DNA of 64,000 bases, from the NCBI GenBank assembly GCA_965231125.1, contig OZ246414.1:576137-640136 (forward strand), in the 5' to 3' direction. Each line of letters opens with the position of its first letter. Within the stretch, counting starts at the first letter, position 1. This DNA is from an uncultured Gammaproteobacteria bacterium. GTDB taxonomy: Bacteria > Patescibacteriota > Microgenomatia > Woykebacterales > RBG-16-39-9b. The position numbers and the translations under genes were made by a program. The notes under the pieces were generated by a model. That model was not told the DNA's origin, ran no database searches, and saw nothing but the letters and a program-made list of their open reading frames with translations. Positions 1 to 10,627 of this stretch are shown in pieces.

Positions 1-1266
1 CCTGGATTTGCCTCTGGTATAGCCAAGTTTGTTTTGTCGGAAAAAGATTTGCGCAAAGTTAAAGTTGGTGATGTTGTTGTAATAAACAAATTTCACCCAA
101 GCTACAAAGATGCGTTTAAAAAGGCTTCGGCCGTAGCTACCCAAAACGGTTTAAATGCAAGTTCCGAAAGCGTTGCTTCCAAATTGGGGAAACCGTGGGT
201 CGGCGGCGTAGGCAAAATAAATTTCGGTGATGAACACGTGGTTAGTGTCGATGGCGCATCGGGATATATTTACCGTGGAGCTTTATCCAAACACCATTTA
301 AGTAAATTGGCGGCCGCCTATGAGGAAAAAAGGCAGGTTAAGGATGAAGAGATCCTAATGACGGCAACAAAAGTTCTTGTCAACTTATCGGATGCAGATC
401 AGGCAGCGCGAGCCTCCAAAGAGGCAGTAGATGGTGTTGGTTTGTTTCGGGCTGAAAACATAGTCGCCTCAGTTGGTGTGCACCCGGAAAAATTGCTGAG
501 AGATAAAAGAGATAAAAATGAAAGCGTTCTTGTTAATAGACTAGTGGGTGATTTAAAGATTGTTTGTTCTGCTTTTGCACCTCGGCCAGTGATCTACCGC
601 ACCACGGATTTCAAAAGTAGCGAGTATGAGAATTTAAAGGGAGCAGCCGCGTACGAAGGAAAGGAAGAAAACCCGGCTTTAGGGTTTCGGGGAGCGGCCA
701 GATTTCTTTCCGACAAATCTTCCTTTGGCCTTGAACTGGCTGCTCTGAAGGAGATTAGAAACAAATTTGAATTAAAAAATCTCTGGCTTTGCGTGCCTTT
801 TGTCAGAACTTTGAAAGAAGGATCCAAAATTATAAAGGCCGTGGCTGCATCAGGACTTCATCGGTCCCATTCTTTCAAGCTACTTTTGATAGTCGAAGTT
901 CCAAGTAACGTAATTTTGATAGAAAAGTTTCTAGACCTTGGTTTCGATGGTGTTGTAATCGATTTGAACGATTTAACCGCCTTAACTTTGGGAGTAGACA
1001 GAGATAATCAAAAGTTAGGTAGTGGCTACAACGATTCAGACCCGGCTGTATTTTGGTCGCTTGAACAGGTTATTAGGCAGTGCCGCCGGCGAAAACTTTA
1101 CGCTGAGGTCTTTGGACAAGGTCTTATAACTTACCCATCTCTTTTGGACAGCTTAATTGAGTGGGGTGTAAGTTCTATTTCTGTCTCGGCGGATTTGGCC
1201 GAGCAAGCAAGAAAACTTGTTCATAAATCAGAAGAAAAACTAGTTTCTGCCCGGAAACACTCGTAA
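1..1266 (+). CDS. PEP-utilizing enzyme family protein (phosphoenolpyruvate synthase / pyruvate phosphate dikinase-like); C-terminal part, 5' end outside the window
   Basis: The reading frame is open from base 1. The translation shows a PEP-utilizing mobile-domain-like stretch (KPWVGGVGKINFGDEHVVSVDGASGYIY) followed by a TIM-barrel PEP-utilizing C-terminal-like region (NPALGFRGAARF). Confidence 0.55.
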   Translation, partial: PGFASGIAKFVLSEKDLRKVKVGDVVVINKFHPSYKDAFKKASAVATQNGLNASSESVASKLGKPWVGGVGKINFGDEHVVSVDGASGYIYRGALSKHHLSKLAAAYEEKRQVKDEEILMTATKVLVNLSDADQAARASKEAVDGVGLFRAENIVASVGVHPEKLLRDKRDKNESVLVNRLVGDLKIVCSAFAPRPVIYRTTDFKSSEYENLKGAAAYEGKEENPALGFRGAARFLSDKSSFGLELAALKEIRNKFELKNLWLCVPFVRTLKEGSKIIKAVAASGLHRSHSFKLLLIVEVPSNVILIEKFLDLGFDGVVIDLNDLTALTLGVDRDNQKLGSGYNDSDPAVFWSLEQVIRQCRRRKLYAEVFGQGLITYPSLLDSLIEWGVSSISVSADLAEQARKLVHKSEEKLVSARKHS

Positions 1267-1267
1267 A

Positions 1268-1717
1268 ATGACCCGAGAAATTGAAAGAAGATTTTTAGTT
1301 CACCCTCAAAAACTCCCCAAACTATCCCGAGGGCAAAAAATAGGCCAGACTTATTTTTCGGTTGATCCGGCCGTCAGAGTTCGAATTAAATCTGGTAAGG
1401 CCTACATCGGTATAAAAAAACGGCAAAATTTTATAAATTTGGAATTTGAATACAGAATACCTTTAAAAGAAGCCAAAAAATTGATGACCCTTTCGAAATT
1501 AAAAATTGTTAAAACCCGCTACTTAGTTAACCTTAACTCTCATAAGTGGGAGGTAGACGTTTTCGCCGGTAAAAATAAGGGTTTAATAATAGCCGAGTTG
1601 GAACTTCCCAGTCTTTCAAAAAAATTTCAAAAGCCACTCTGGATCGGGCTAGAAATTACTAAAGATGATCGCTACTTAAATGTAAATTTGGCGCAAAAAC
1701 CCTACCAAAGTTGGTAA
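1268..1717 (+). CDS. CYTH-domain protein (triphosphate tunnel metalloenzyme-like)
   Basis: It has an N-terminal EIERRFLV motif typical of CYTH/class IV adenylate-cyclase-like proteins. Its ATG lies immediately after the upstream stop, so it is tightly coupled to the preceding gene. Confidence 0.55.
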   Translation: MTREIERRFLVHPQKLPKLSRGQKIGQTYFSVDPAVRVRIKSGKAYIGIKKRQNFINLEFEYRIPLKEAKKLMTLSKLKIVKTRYLVNLNSHKWEVDVFAGKNKGLIIAELELPSLSKKFQKPLWIGLEITKDDRYLNVNLAQKPYQSW

Positions 1718-2224
1718 TTACCCGGAGATTTTGTAGACGCTGCCGTCACTAAGCAGAGCTGAAAGACTGTAACTGGAAAAATCCTTACTTGGTGTGTAGT
1801 CATAAGTGGCTTTAGTCACTGGATCCAAAGGTATTACAGTCAGATAGGTCGGCGTTAAATCCTCAAAACTCTTGGGATATTTTTTATACTTTTTGTAATA
1901 CCCGTCCAGACCTTGTTTTAAATTAACCAAGTCAAGGCGTCTAGTCTGATCGTTTTTTGAATTTTCGCGAAGTGAGACAAGATCCGCTTCTTCCTTTTGC
2001 TTTTGGGCCGCGGTATTCGCAGCTTGTTTGATATGTTGGTTTTGCAAATATTCAAGATACAAGTAACCCCCAGCAAAGATTGCCAGAGTTATAAGGGTAA
2101 TTCCCAAGATTGAGATTACGGGGTGTGGTTCACTGGCAGTTTTCGGAATTTTTGGCGAATTAACCGTTGCCGGAGCAGGCTTGGGGTTAACAGGCATTTG
2201 TTGGACTGGTTGTTGGGCAGCCAT
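1718..2224 (-). CDS. membrane-anchored hypothetical protein (Pro-rich N-terminus, one TM segment)
   Basis: 168-aa ORF with a Pro-rich N-terminus, one hydrophobic helix (ISILGITLITLAIFAGGYLYL) and a soluble C-terminal domain. Confidence 0.4.
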   Translation of the reverse strand: MAAQQPVQQMPVNPKPAPATVNSPKIPKTASEPHPVISILGITLITLAIFAGGYLYLEYLQNQHIKQAANTAAQKQKEEADLVSLRENSKNDQTRRLDLVNLKQGLDGYYKKYKKYPKSFEDLTPTYLTVIPLDPVTKATYDYTPSKDFSSYSLSALLSDGSVYKISG

Positions 2225-2307
2225 CTCTCTTATTATCTATTTTTTAAAATTTGTTGTCAAAAATAGTGCCGGAAATTTTACATTGTATTCCAAGCCAATA
2301 AAATTCT

Positions 2308-2382
2308 GGTGAGCGGCCAGGGACTCGAACCCTGAACGCACGGCTTAAAAGGCCGTTGCTCTACCAATTGAGCTAGCCGCCC
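2308..2382 (-). tRNA. tRNA-Lys (anticodon UUU)
   Basis: Hand-folded cloverleaf: acceptor GGGCGGC/GCCGCTC, anticodon stem ACGGC/GCCGT, loop CTTTTAA, T-loop GGGTTCGAGTCCC, CCA encoded. Confidence 0.85.
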
Positions 2383-2545
2383 ACACTGGTTAAACATTCT
2401 AACAAATCAAGGCTAATGTTTCAATCTCTTAACAGTAATCTAGTAATGTTTGAACTTTAATAATTACAAGTTTATAATTCAATCAAAGAAAGCAGTGAGA
2501 GCCTAACACAAGGCCATCTGAGAATAAGTGAAGAAAGGAGGAGAC

Positions 2546-2875
2546 GTGTCAGGTCCAGGTGATATCCACGACCAGGTTCAAAGGATAGTTGAAGAAACTG
2601 GCGGCGAAATTGAACGAGATCCCTCTGATGTTCGCAGGATTAAGACTAAGTTGGTTAGCTGGATGAATGGCGGAGGATCAGATTTTCCATCGGTGCTTCC
2701 ACAGGTTACGTACCTGAAGGCCAATCTCTGCCGACTATTTGAAAAGTACGGTATGAAGATTGTACTTCAAGTACTAAAAGAACTGGAAGCAGAATTAAAG
2801 GCTAACGATTGGGAATTGCCCCACTACTTCCATCTTGATGTAGCTGGCTCTGCGCTTAATGTGGCAATTGAATGA
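2546..2875 (+). CDS. hypothetical protein (probable GTG start)
   Basis: ORF preceded by AAGGAGG with a 4-nt spacer before GTG at 2546. No recognisable domain. Confidence 0.35.
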   Translation: MSGPGDIHDQVQRIVEETGGEIERDPSDVRRIKTKLVSWMNGGGSDFPSVLPQVTYLKANLCRLFEKYGMKIVLQVLKELEAELKANDWELPHYFHLDVAGSALNVAIE

Positions 2876-2935
2876 TTTCCAGAATGGCGGGAGGACAGGA
2901 AAAGAGAAGATTTTCTGAGGCAGTACTCGGAATCT

Positions 2936-2975
2936 TAAAAAGAGCGTTCTGCACAGAGCGCTCTTTCTTTTTAAA
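2936..2975. terminator. bidirectional intrinsic-terminator-like hairpin between convergent genes
   Basis: AAAGAGCG...CGCTCTTT stem flanked by an A-run and a T-run. It sits between the convergent ORF 2546-2875 (+) and lon (-). Confidence 0.4.
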
Positions 2976-2982
2976 ATACAAT

Positions 2983-5397
2983 CTATGCAACTGGGATTAT
3001 TGGGGAAATTGATTCCGGTGGAGGAACTTTTCTGGCAATTTTGGTCGGTGGTTCTGTTAAAGCTGCGTTAATCACATCGTCCATTGTTTCGACAAAGACA
3101 AATTTTAGATCCGCGCGGGTGTTGGCCGGGATTTCCTCAAGATCTTTTTTATTCTTCTTTGGCAAGACAATTGTTCGCAGTCCTGCCCGGTGCGCGGCTA
3201 AAACTTTTTCTTTAATCCCCCCAATTTCCAGTACTTTACCGCGTAAAGTAACCTCACCCGTCATAGCCACTTCTTTACGGATGGAGGTTTTGGTTAAAAG
3301 ACTTATCAGTGCGGTTGTTATGGTAATTCCAGCACTTGGACCGTCCTTGGGAATGGCCCCGGAAGGTACGTGGACGTGGATGTCGCTACCTTTGAAGAAA
3401 TTCTCCTTAACACCAAATTCAGTCACTTTAGAACGAGTGTACGAAAGGGCGGCTTGACCGGATTCTTTCATCACTTCCCCTAATTGACCTGTCAAAATTA
3501 GGTTGCCGCGTCCGGGCATTATATTTGCTTCAACACTTAGTACTTCACCACCAACTTGAGTCCAAGCAAGCCCAGTGGCAACCCCAACTTCATTTCTTTT
3601 TTCAGCTGCCCATGGCTCAAATTTTTCTGGCCCTAAGTATTTGTGCAAGCTTTTTGTCTCCACCAAGACCGATTTTCGAGCACTCTCCGTAATTTCGCGG
3701 GCGGCCTTTCGGCAGATAGTAGCAATTTCCCTTTCCAAATTACGAACACCAGCCTCCCGAGTGTACTTTGAAATTAAGGCTCTCAAGGCTGTGTCTTCGA
3801 TTTTAAGCAACTTTTCACTCAAACCGTGAGTAGTTAGCTGTTTTGGTAAAAGAAAGACTTTGGCGATGTGAAATTTTTCCTCTTCAGTGTAACCGGGGAA
3901 TTCAATTACTTCCATTCGGTCTCGCAGTGGCGGTGGTATTGTCTCCAGGACATTGGCTGTCGTAATGAACATTACGTCGGAAAGATCGAACGGAACTTCC
4001 AAGTAGTGGTCACTGAAAGAATGATTTTGTTCCGGGTCCAAAGCCTCAAGTAAAGCGCTCGAAGGATCACCTCGGAAATCAATCCCGAGTTTGTCAATTT
4101 CGTCCAGCATGAAAATTGGGTTGTTAGTGGCCGAGTCTTTTACTCCTTGAATAATTCTGCCGGGTAGTGCCCCGACGTAGGTGCGCCTGTGCCCGCGGAT
4201 TTCAGCTTCATCTCGTATACCACCAAGGGAAACTTTCACAAATTTTCGGCCAAGAGCTCTTGCAATCGAGCGACCAATCGAGGTTTTTCCCACCCCGGGA
4301 GGGCCAGCAAAACAGAGGATTGGACCTTTTATTTTACCAGTAAGCTTTTGTACAGCCAAATATTCAATAATTCTTTCTTTCACTTTTGTAAGCCCGTAAT
4401 GATCACTGTTTAAAATCTTCTCGGCTTCTTTAATATGAATTTTACTTTCACTTTTCTTGCTCCAAGGCAGTTCCACTAACCAGTCCAAGTAGGTTCTTAA
4501 ATAAGAAATTTCCGGGGAAAAGGAGGGCATGCGCTGCAACCTATCAAGCTCCTTAATAGCCTTTTCCTGCGTCTCCTTCGGCATTTTTGCCGCCATTATT
4601 TTTTCCCTTAGTTCAACAAACTCTTCTTGCTCTTCTTTTATTCCGAGTTCTTTTTCGATAGTCTTAAGCTGCTCACGTAAAAAGGCCTCCTTGGCGGTCT
4701 TACCCATTTCTTCAGCCGTTTGGTCTTGAATTTTTCTAGCGGTTTTCAAAACTGATGTTTCCCTTGATATAAAGGAAGCGATTTCTTTCGCACGGGCCTT
4801 CTCATCTTTTAGTTCCAATAGAGCTTGTTTCTCAGCGGATTTTAAATCTAGGTTAAAAATAATCAAATCAAGGGCTTGGTGAGGATTCGAAAGGTCAAAA
4901 ATTGTTGGCAGGGCTTCCACGGGTACTGGTTTTCCGTAGGAAATCAGTTGCCTGAATTGTTCAACCAAAGGCCTCACCATTTTTTCAACTTCGGCGGGTT
5001 GGAACTGGGTTTCCTCAATTACTTTTACGGCCACTTCAAAATACGGGTCGAGTCTGGAAAACTCTTGGATCTCGGCTTTAACTTCTCCTTCAACTAAAAT
5101 ATTAATCACTCCATCGGCTTGTCTTTGAACTTGAACAATTTTGGTGATTGTCCCAGTTTTGTAAAGATCGCTGTCGCTCGGGGAGTCCGTATCTTTATTT
5201 TTTTGCATGACAACAAATATCTTCTTGTCCCCCTTGAGACTTTGCTCCAGAGCCGCCACCGATTTTTCTCTCTTTAATGAAATAGGAACCGATGCGTGCG
5301 GAAAGATAACTACATCTCTAACTGGGAGTAGAGGTAATTTTTGGTGTTCTTTGCTCATAGGAATTTGAACCATAGCATATCTTAGCAGAGCGGTCAA
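2983..5397 (-). CDS. lon: ATP-dependent protease La (Lon)
   Basis: 804 aa with Walker A GPPGVGKTS, the AAA+ region, and the C-terminal Lon protease catalytic motif PKDGPSAGIT. Confidence 0.9.
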   Translation of the reverse strand: MTALLRYAMVQIPMSKEHQKLPLLPVRDVVIFPHASVPISLKREKSVAALEQSLKGDKKIFVVMQKNKDTDSPSDSDLYKTGTITKIVQVQRQADGVINILVEGEVKAEIQEFSRLDPYFEVAVKVIEETQFQPAEVEKMVRPLVEQFRQLISYGKPVPVEALPTIFDLSNPHQALDLIIFNLDLKSAEKQALLELKDEKARAKEIASFISRETSVLKTARKIQDQTAEEMGKTAKEAFLREQLKTIEKELGIKEEQEEFVELREKIMAAKMPKETQEKAIKELDRLQRMPSFSPEISYLRTYLDWLVELPWSKKSESKIHIKEAEKILNSDHYGLTKVKERIIEYLAVQKLTGKIKGPILCFAGPPGVGKTSIGRSIARALGRKFVKVSLGGIRDEAEIRGHRRTYVGALPGRIIQGVKDSATNNPIFMLDEIDKLGIDFRGDPSSALLEALDPEQNHSFSDHYLEVPFDLSDVMFITTANVLETIPPPLRDRMEVIEFPGYTEEEKFHIAKVFLLPKQLTTHGLSEKLLKIEDTALRALISKYTREAGVRNLEREIATICRKAAREITESARKSVLVETKSLHKYLGPEKFEPWAAEKRNEVGVATGLAWTQVGGEVLSVEANIMPGRGNLILTGQLGEVMKESGQAALSYTRSKVTEFGVKENFFKGSDIHVHVPSGAIPKDGPSAGITITTALISLLTKTSIRKEVAMTGEVTLRGKVLEIGGIKEKVLAAHRAGLRTIVLPKKNKKDLEEIPANTRADLKFVFVETMDDVINAALTEPPTKIARKVPPPESISPIIPVA

Positions 5398-5504
5398 GAT
5401 ACTGCTAACAAGGCTGGAACGAGCAATTTTTTGACAAAGACCCCCAAATGTAGTAAATTTTTAGTCCCTGCCTGAAAGCCTGGCCCTAACGAAAGGCGTT
5501 TAAA

Positions 5505-6728
5505 ATGACAAGACCAGCTTATTCAACTTTTTTTGGTGAAAAATTAAATATTGCCAAGGAAGTTAAAAAAAGATCAAAGCCAGTTACTACCGTGTATGTT
5601 TCTAGCTACGTACCGCGAAAATGTGGGATTGCCACTTACACCAAGGAGCTTACAAACGGTATAAACGCACTGAACCCCTTACGGGTTGCTCAAATAGTGG
5701 CGTTAAATAACAAATCTAGTGAGCAGATTAGCTATCCCCACGAAGTAATTTCCACCATCAAAGAGGACGATCAAGAAAACTATCTGGAAGCCGCCACCAG
5801 CTTAAACAAGAAAATTGATCTAGATGTAGTTTCCCTGCAGCATGAATTTGGAATCTTCGGCCCTAGGGACGGAGAACTGGTTTTAAATTTTAGCAAAAGT
5901 CTTAAAGTCCCTATTATTTCAACCCTTCATACGGTTTTGGAAAACCCCACTGTCAAGCAAAGGAATATTATTGAAAATCTTTGCAAGGTCTCGACAGGCG
6001 TGGTTGTAATGCTGGCTGCCGCGGCCGACATACTAACCACAGATTACGGCGTAGATGTCGATAAAATTGTTGTTATACCCCACGGTGTCCCAGATTTCCC
6101 AGTGCTTGATACCAAAGAATGGAAGGCACGGACTAGGCTTTCCGATCGAACCGTCATGTCTAGTATAAACTTAATCAGCCCTTCAAGAGGATTTGAATAT
6201 GCAATTTCAGCCGTACCGGAAATTGTGAAAAAAATCCCCAATTTCCTTTATTTAGTTATTGGCGAAACTCATCCGGTTTACCTCCAAAAGGCTCAGGAAG
6301 ACCCCTACCGGCAAAAACTGGAAAAGCTAGTTAAGGATTTAGGAATGCAAGAGCACATTAAGTTTATTAATAAATATGTCAGTCTAAACGAACTGGTGAG
6401 TTACATTGGTGCCAGCGATTTTTACGTGACTCCATATCTTGATCCTCAACAGGCGGCCTCCGGAGCCTTGGCTTACGCGATTGGAGCGGGAAAAGTCTGT
6501 GTCTCGACCCCGTACCTTTACGCTAAAGAGGTTCTTTCGCAAGGTCGCGGTTTAATAGTTCCGTTCGCTGACAGCCGGTCAATTGCCAGCCTAATTAAAA
6601 ATCTAAATCCAAAGGAAAGACAAGAAATTGAGAAAAAAGTCTACGAGCTAGGAAGAACAATGACCTGGACAAATGTGGCTTATCAGTATTTTCAAGTTTT
6701 CAACTATGTTGCCGACGGATACAAATAA
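5505..6728 (+). CDS. glycosyltransferase, GT1/GT4-like
   Basis: 407 aa with a C-terminal GT-B nucleotide-sugar binding region. First gene of the glycan cluster. Confidence 0.6.
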   Translation: MTRPAYSTFFGEKLNIAKEVKKRSKPVTTVYVSSYVPRKCGIATYTKELTNGINALNPLRVAQIVALNNKSSEQISYPHEVISTIKEDDQENYLEAATSLNKKIDLDVVSLQHEFGIFGPRDGELVLNFSKSLKVPIISTLHTVLENPTVKQRNIIENLCKVSTGVVVMLAAAADILTTDYGVDVDKIVVIPHGVPDFPVLDTKEWKARTRLSDRTVMSSINLISPSRGFEYAISAVPEIVKKIPNFLYLVIGETHPVYLQKAQEDPYRQKLEKLVKDLGMQEHIKFINKYVSLNELVSYIGASDFYVTPYLDPQQAASGALAYAIGAGKVCVSTPYLYAKEVLSQGRGLIVPFADSRSIASLIKNLNPKERQEIEKKVYELGRTMTWTNVAYQYFQVFNYVADGYK

Positions 6729-7752
6729 CCTTCCCAAAGAGGGTGTATATAAAAAATTGAACCTAACTTTAAAGTCAGGGGAGGGGTTGAAATTTTTCAA
6801 AAGTCTGATTGACGAAAACGGAATAATTCAATTTACTAAGGAGAACGAGAAAAATTATAGTACTGGTTACGCAATTGAAGATCAAGCAAGAGCATTGGTA
6901 CTGGCCCTGAAGATTGGTGAGGGAGCTTTAGCCGAAAAATTTCTTAAACTAATTCTGCAGAGTATTGTTGATGGAAGAGGGGTTGACCCCTTAAGGTTGG
7001 CGGACGGGGCTCTTTCCGGCAAAGTTGATAATTTTTCTGAGGCAAGTGCGGAGGTCTTCTGGTCTCTGGCAGAATTTTTCACCACGTCGCCGGAAGATTC
7101 AAGAATTGGCGTGAGCTTAGACGGTCTAAAAATAGGACTACTTGAAAGTGATTCTCCTCGGGCAATCGCTTACACAATCCTGGGGCTAGCAAAACTAAAT
7201 GGGGAAGACGCCACCCAAATTTTGGGTGACAAGCTTGTTGCTTTATACCAACAATACTCCTCCGATAGCTGGCAGTGGTTTGAAGATAAGTTAGTTTATG
7301 CCAATGCCCTCTTGCCTTGGGCACTTTTGGAAGCCCACAAAGCAATCAGCAACAAAACTTTCCTTGCGATTGGCCTAGAATCTTTGGAATTTCTTTACAG
7401 GAATCTCCACTTAAACGGTGTGCCAGTTTTAGTTGGTAACAAAGGTTGGTGGGCTCCTGGTAAAGAAATACCGTATTTTGATCAACAACCAATCGATGCC
7501 GCCTATCTATGTTTGGCATCTCTGAGTGCTTATAAAATTACCAGCAACGAAAAATATTTACATAAAGGGAACTTTTATTACAGCTGGTTTTTTGGAAACA
7601 ATATTTTAAACAAATCCCTGGTCCGCGCTGATGGAGCTTGTTTCGATGGTTTGGGCAGGCGAGAGGTAAACAAAAATACGGGGGCGGAATCAAATATCTG
7701 TTATCTTCTAGCAACAATCCAGCTCGCCCAGATACACCTTCCTGTAGGATGA
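6706..7752 (+). CDS. hypothetical protein in glycan cluster (possibly glycoside-hydrolase-like)
   Basis: This ORF overlaps the end of the upstream glycosyltransferase gene, and its stop overlaps the start of the next gene (ATGA). No recognised catalytic motif; the start codon is uncertain (6673 or 6706). Confidence 0.35.
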   Translation: MLPTDTNNLPKEGVYKKLNLTLKSGEGLKFFKSLIDENGIIQFTKENEKNYSTGYAIEDQARALVLALKIGEGALAEKFLKLILQSIVDGRGVDPLRLADGALSGKVDNFSEASAEVFWSLAEFFTTSPEDSRIGVSLDGLKIGLLESDSPRAIAYTILGLAKLNGEDATQILGDKLVALYQQYSSDSWQWFEDKLVYANALLPWALLEAHKAISNKTFLAIGLESLEFLYRNLHLNGVPVLVGNKGWWAPGKEIPYFDQQPIDAAYLCLASLSAYKITSNEKYLHKGNFYYSWFFGNNILNKSLVRADGACFDGLGRREVNKNTGAESNICYLLATIQLAQIHLPVG

Positions 7753-8771
7753 AAATTGCCCTCCTTTCCCCAATTCACTGGCGGACACCGCCTCGTAAAT
7801 ATGGTCCTTGGGAACTTGTCGCGAGTTACATTGCCGAGGGAATGGTTAAGGCAGGCCACAAGGTTACTTTGTACGCAACTGGGGATTCTAAAACTTCTGG
7901 AAACTTGAGCTCGGTATGCCCTCGGCCTTTGATGGAAGACCCGACCTTGGAATCAAAAGTATATCAGTACTTACACTCCAGTGCAGTTTTTGAAAAAGCG
8001 GGTGATTACGATATTATCCATAACCATTACGATGCGTATCCGCTAGTATTTTCAAAGTTAGTAAAGACTCCCGTAATCACCACTATTCACGGGTTTTCTT
8101 CTCCTCAAGTCTCCCAAATTTACCGCAAATACAAAAATACTTTTTACGTTTCCATAAGCATGGCGGACAGAGCCCACGCACCGGATTTAAATTACCTTGC
8201 CAATATCTACCACGGAATCCCGGTCGGCGAGTACCCGTTTAACCCAAAACCAGAAAAATATTTTTGTTACGTCGGCCGCATCTCACCAGACAAAGGGGTT
8301 CATTTGTCGGTAAGAGCCGCCAAGGACCTTGGCCTGAATTTTAAAATAGCCGGTTTAATCGACAAGGCCCATGAGAGTTTTTTTGAGCGGGAAATCCAAC
8401 CTTTTCTTGGCCGGAAAATAAAGTATCTAGGTCTTGTCTCGGAGGTACAAAAAAGGAATATTTTAAAAAATGCTGTGGGGTTTTTGCACTTAAACACTTA
8501 CAACGAAGGTTTCGGCCTTGCTTTAATTGAGGCACTGGCTTATGGAACTCCCGTAATTGGGATGAAGCTAGGCTCAATTCCCGAAATAATTGAAAACGGT
8601 AAGTGTGGCTTTGTGATCAGCAACTTTGAAGAGGCGAAGGAGGCGATTAAAAAGATTGAGCAAATCGATAGAAATAACTGCCGCAAAGTTGTCGAGCAAA
8701 AGTTTTCCCTGGAAAAAATGATTTCTGAATATGAAAAGGCTTACAAAAAAGTTTTAACCGCTTTTAAATGA
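7749..8771 (+). CDS. glycosyltransferase family 4 (GT-B, retaining)
   Basis: Carries the EGFGLALIEALAYGTPVI motif typical of GT4/GT1 enzymes. The internal start MKIALLSP at 7749 overlaps the upstream stop. Confidence 0.75.
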   Translation: MKIALLSPIHWRTPPRKYGPWELVASYIAEGMVKAGHKVTLYATGDSKTSGNLSSVCPRPLMEDPTLESKVYQYLHSSAVFEKAGDYDIIHNHYDAYPLVFSKLVKTPVITTIHGFSSPQVSQIYRKYKNTFYVSISMADRAHAPDLNYLANIYHGIPVGEYPFNPKPEKYFCYVGRISPDKGVHLSVRAAKDLGLNFKIAGLIDKAHESFFEREIQPFLGRKIKYLGLVSEVQKRNILKNAVGFLHLNTYNEGFGLALIEALAYGTPVIGMKLGSIPEIIENGKCGFVISNFEEAKEAIKKIEQIDRNNCRKVVEQKFSLEKMISEYEKAYKKVLTAFK

Positions 8772-8864
8772 CGTCCCCGCGGCATAAGCCGCGGTTGCCG
8801 ACGTTTTCTCACCTTTAAAATCAGGGCTCGAAAATAATTCAAATTCTTGGTATAAATTAATAAG

Positions 8865-9881
8865 ATGAAGCTTGTCCGCTCACCAAAAAATCCAATTTTA
8901 AAAACGACGGCGCACAGTTGGGAAGACAGACAAGTTTATAATGCGGCCGTAGCCGAATATCAAGGAAAGCTCCATTTAATTTATCGGGCGCAGGGAAAAA
9001 ATGGTATCTCCCGACTGGGAATAGCAAACCTGTCCAAACCAGACGAGGTCGCGGAAAGAAAACCCTACCCAATATTTGAACCGGATCCAAACAGCGAGTA
9101 CGAAACTTACGGGGTAGAAGACCCAAGAGTTAGTAAAATTGATGATATTTATTATCTCGTTTACGTCGCTAGCTCAAGTTATCCACCGGCTATTATTGGG
9201 GAAAAAGTTTTCCGGATAAAGGATTGGCGGGTGCGGGTAAGCTTGACCACAACGACAAATTTTTCTTCTTACAACCGCTATGGGGTTATCATCAGTCATA
9301 TCGATAGTAAAGACGCCGCTCTTTTTCCGGAAAAGATTGATGGCTCCTATGTTTTACTCCACCGAGTCTTACCAAAGGTGCGGATAGCCGTTGCGAACGA
9401 CCTTCGCCATTTTAAGGAAAGAGGGCCAGTTTTTGAGCAAAGAAAAGGTATGTGGGACAACAACAAAGTGGGGGTTGGAGCCCCACCATTAAAAACTCCC
9501 TATGGTTGGATTCTTTTTTACCATGGTGCCGACAACAATTTGACGTACCGGCTGGGGATCGCCCTTTTGGATCTTCACGACCCGAGTATTATCATTGCCC
9601 GGGCTGAAGACCCAGTGCTCGAACCGGAAGAATCCTACGAAAAAAACGGTTTTGTCCCCAACGTGGTTTTTACTTGTGGAGTTGCCGAAGACAAAAATGA
9701 ATATTTTGTCTATTATGGAGCGGCCGATTCCTCAGTCTGTCTGGCAACAATAAGAAAAGAAGAAATTTTTTCTTGGGCGAAAAAAGCGGCAAAAAAAGGT
9801 GAGGCTCACGCTTTAAGTTTAACTGGCGAAGTTGCTCCGGAAGAAGTAATTGACGAACAAAGACACGCAAACGGAACGTAA
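8865..9881 (+). CDS. GH130-like glycosidase / mannoside phosphorylase family (DUF377-type)
   Basis: Pattern LIYRAQG...GIANLS...YETYGVEDPRVSKIDDIYYLVYVA is typical of the GH130 beta-propeller family. Confidence 0.55.
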   Translation: MKLVRSPKNPILKTTAHSWEDRQVYNAAVAEYQGKLHLIYRAQGKNGISRLGIANLSKPDEVAERKPYPIFEPDPNSEYETYGVEDPRVSKIDDIYYLVYVASSSYPPAIIGEKVFRIKDWRVRVSLTTTTNFSSYNRYGVIISHIDSKDAALFPEKIDGSYVLLHRVLPKVRIAVANDLRHFKERGPVFEQRKGMWDNNKVGVGAPPLKTPYGWILFYHGADNNLTYRLGIALLDLHDPSIIIARAEDPVLEPEESYEKNGFVPNVVFTCGVAEDKNEYFVYYGAADSSVCLATIRKEEIFSWAKKAAKKGEAHALSLTGEVAPEEVIDEQRHANGT

Positions 9882-10303
9882 GATTTCGCTTAAGAACCAG
9901 AAAAAGAAATGGCGGTGAAAGGTTTTGCCTTGCACCGCCGTCGGTTGGAGTAGTTACGCTAACGAAACCCACGCCATTCGTCAATGAGTAGGACTCCATA
10001 GGCTTCCTGGCACGTATCTGCGTCACAATTGGCCAGGTGTTTTGTCCAGGCGATGGTCGCGTTGCGACCGTCGATGAACCTGTTTCCCATGCACTTCGGT
10101 TCCTAGTAGTTGCAGCCTTCTGGTCGCTGATAAGATACCATTTCTCGAGACCTCCTTTATTTTTATCCCTCTCGTTTCAGATGTGTTAGTTTGTGTCCCT
10201 TAAGAAAACCAACCTACTTGGTTTGCTTAAGAGATAGGTCAGGGCTAGTGTCTTGTGGACACATTGTCGACCCTGACCGCTCATTACTTATTCAGTTGTT
10301 GGC

Positions 10304-10627
10304 TTACAGAACCGTTGAATGGGCTACGGGGTCGTCTGCTTCATCGACATCATCGCCCAAATCACGATCTTGTTTCCGACTTCTTTTGACAAGCCCTAGC
10401 CCCTCGTCGACGTAGTAGGTGTCGTAACGCTCCATCGTCTGATAATGCTTGTTCTGTTCTAGCATTTTCAGCAGGCGATCGAACTCACCATCATCTAGTG
10501 CGGGCTGTCGGTGGAGCTCATTGTAGAGCTGCGTGTACTGCTCCCAAGATTTCTTCAACTCCACTAAATCGTCCTCGTCCGGAGGTGCCTCTGCAGCGAA
10601 GTGTTTGATTCTCTGTTCAAGATCCAC
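10304..10627 (-). CDS. hypothetical protein (GC-richer patch)
   Basis: 107-aa acidic ORF with no recognised domain. It lies in DNA of visibly higher GC than the surrounding sequence. Confidence 0.3.
   Translation of the reverse strand: MDLEQRIKHFAAEAPPDEDDLVELKKSWEQYTQLYNELHRQPALDDGEFDRLLKMLEQNKHYQTMERYDTYYVDEGLGLVKRSRKQDRDLGDDVDEADDPVAHSTVL

Noticed and set aside
3041-5097. Several 60-140-aa ORFs antisense to lon (3041-3457, 3575-3829, 3868-4053, 4181-4413, 4529-4729, 4876-5097)
   Set aside because: They lie entirely within, and antisense to, a well-supported lon gene. They are low-complexity translations with no start context, so I regard them as spurious.
9670-10026. 118-aa minus-strand ORF overlapping the 3' end of the GH130-like gene
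   Set aside because: It overlaps a better-supported gene in antisense and has a low-complexity translation. It is more likely non-coding sequence at the edge of the GC-richer patch.
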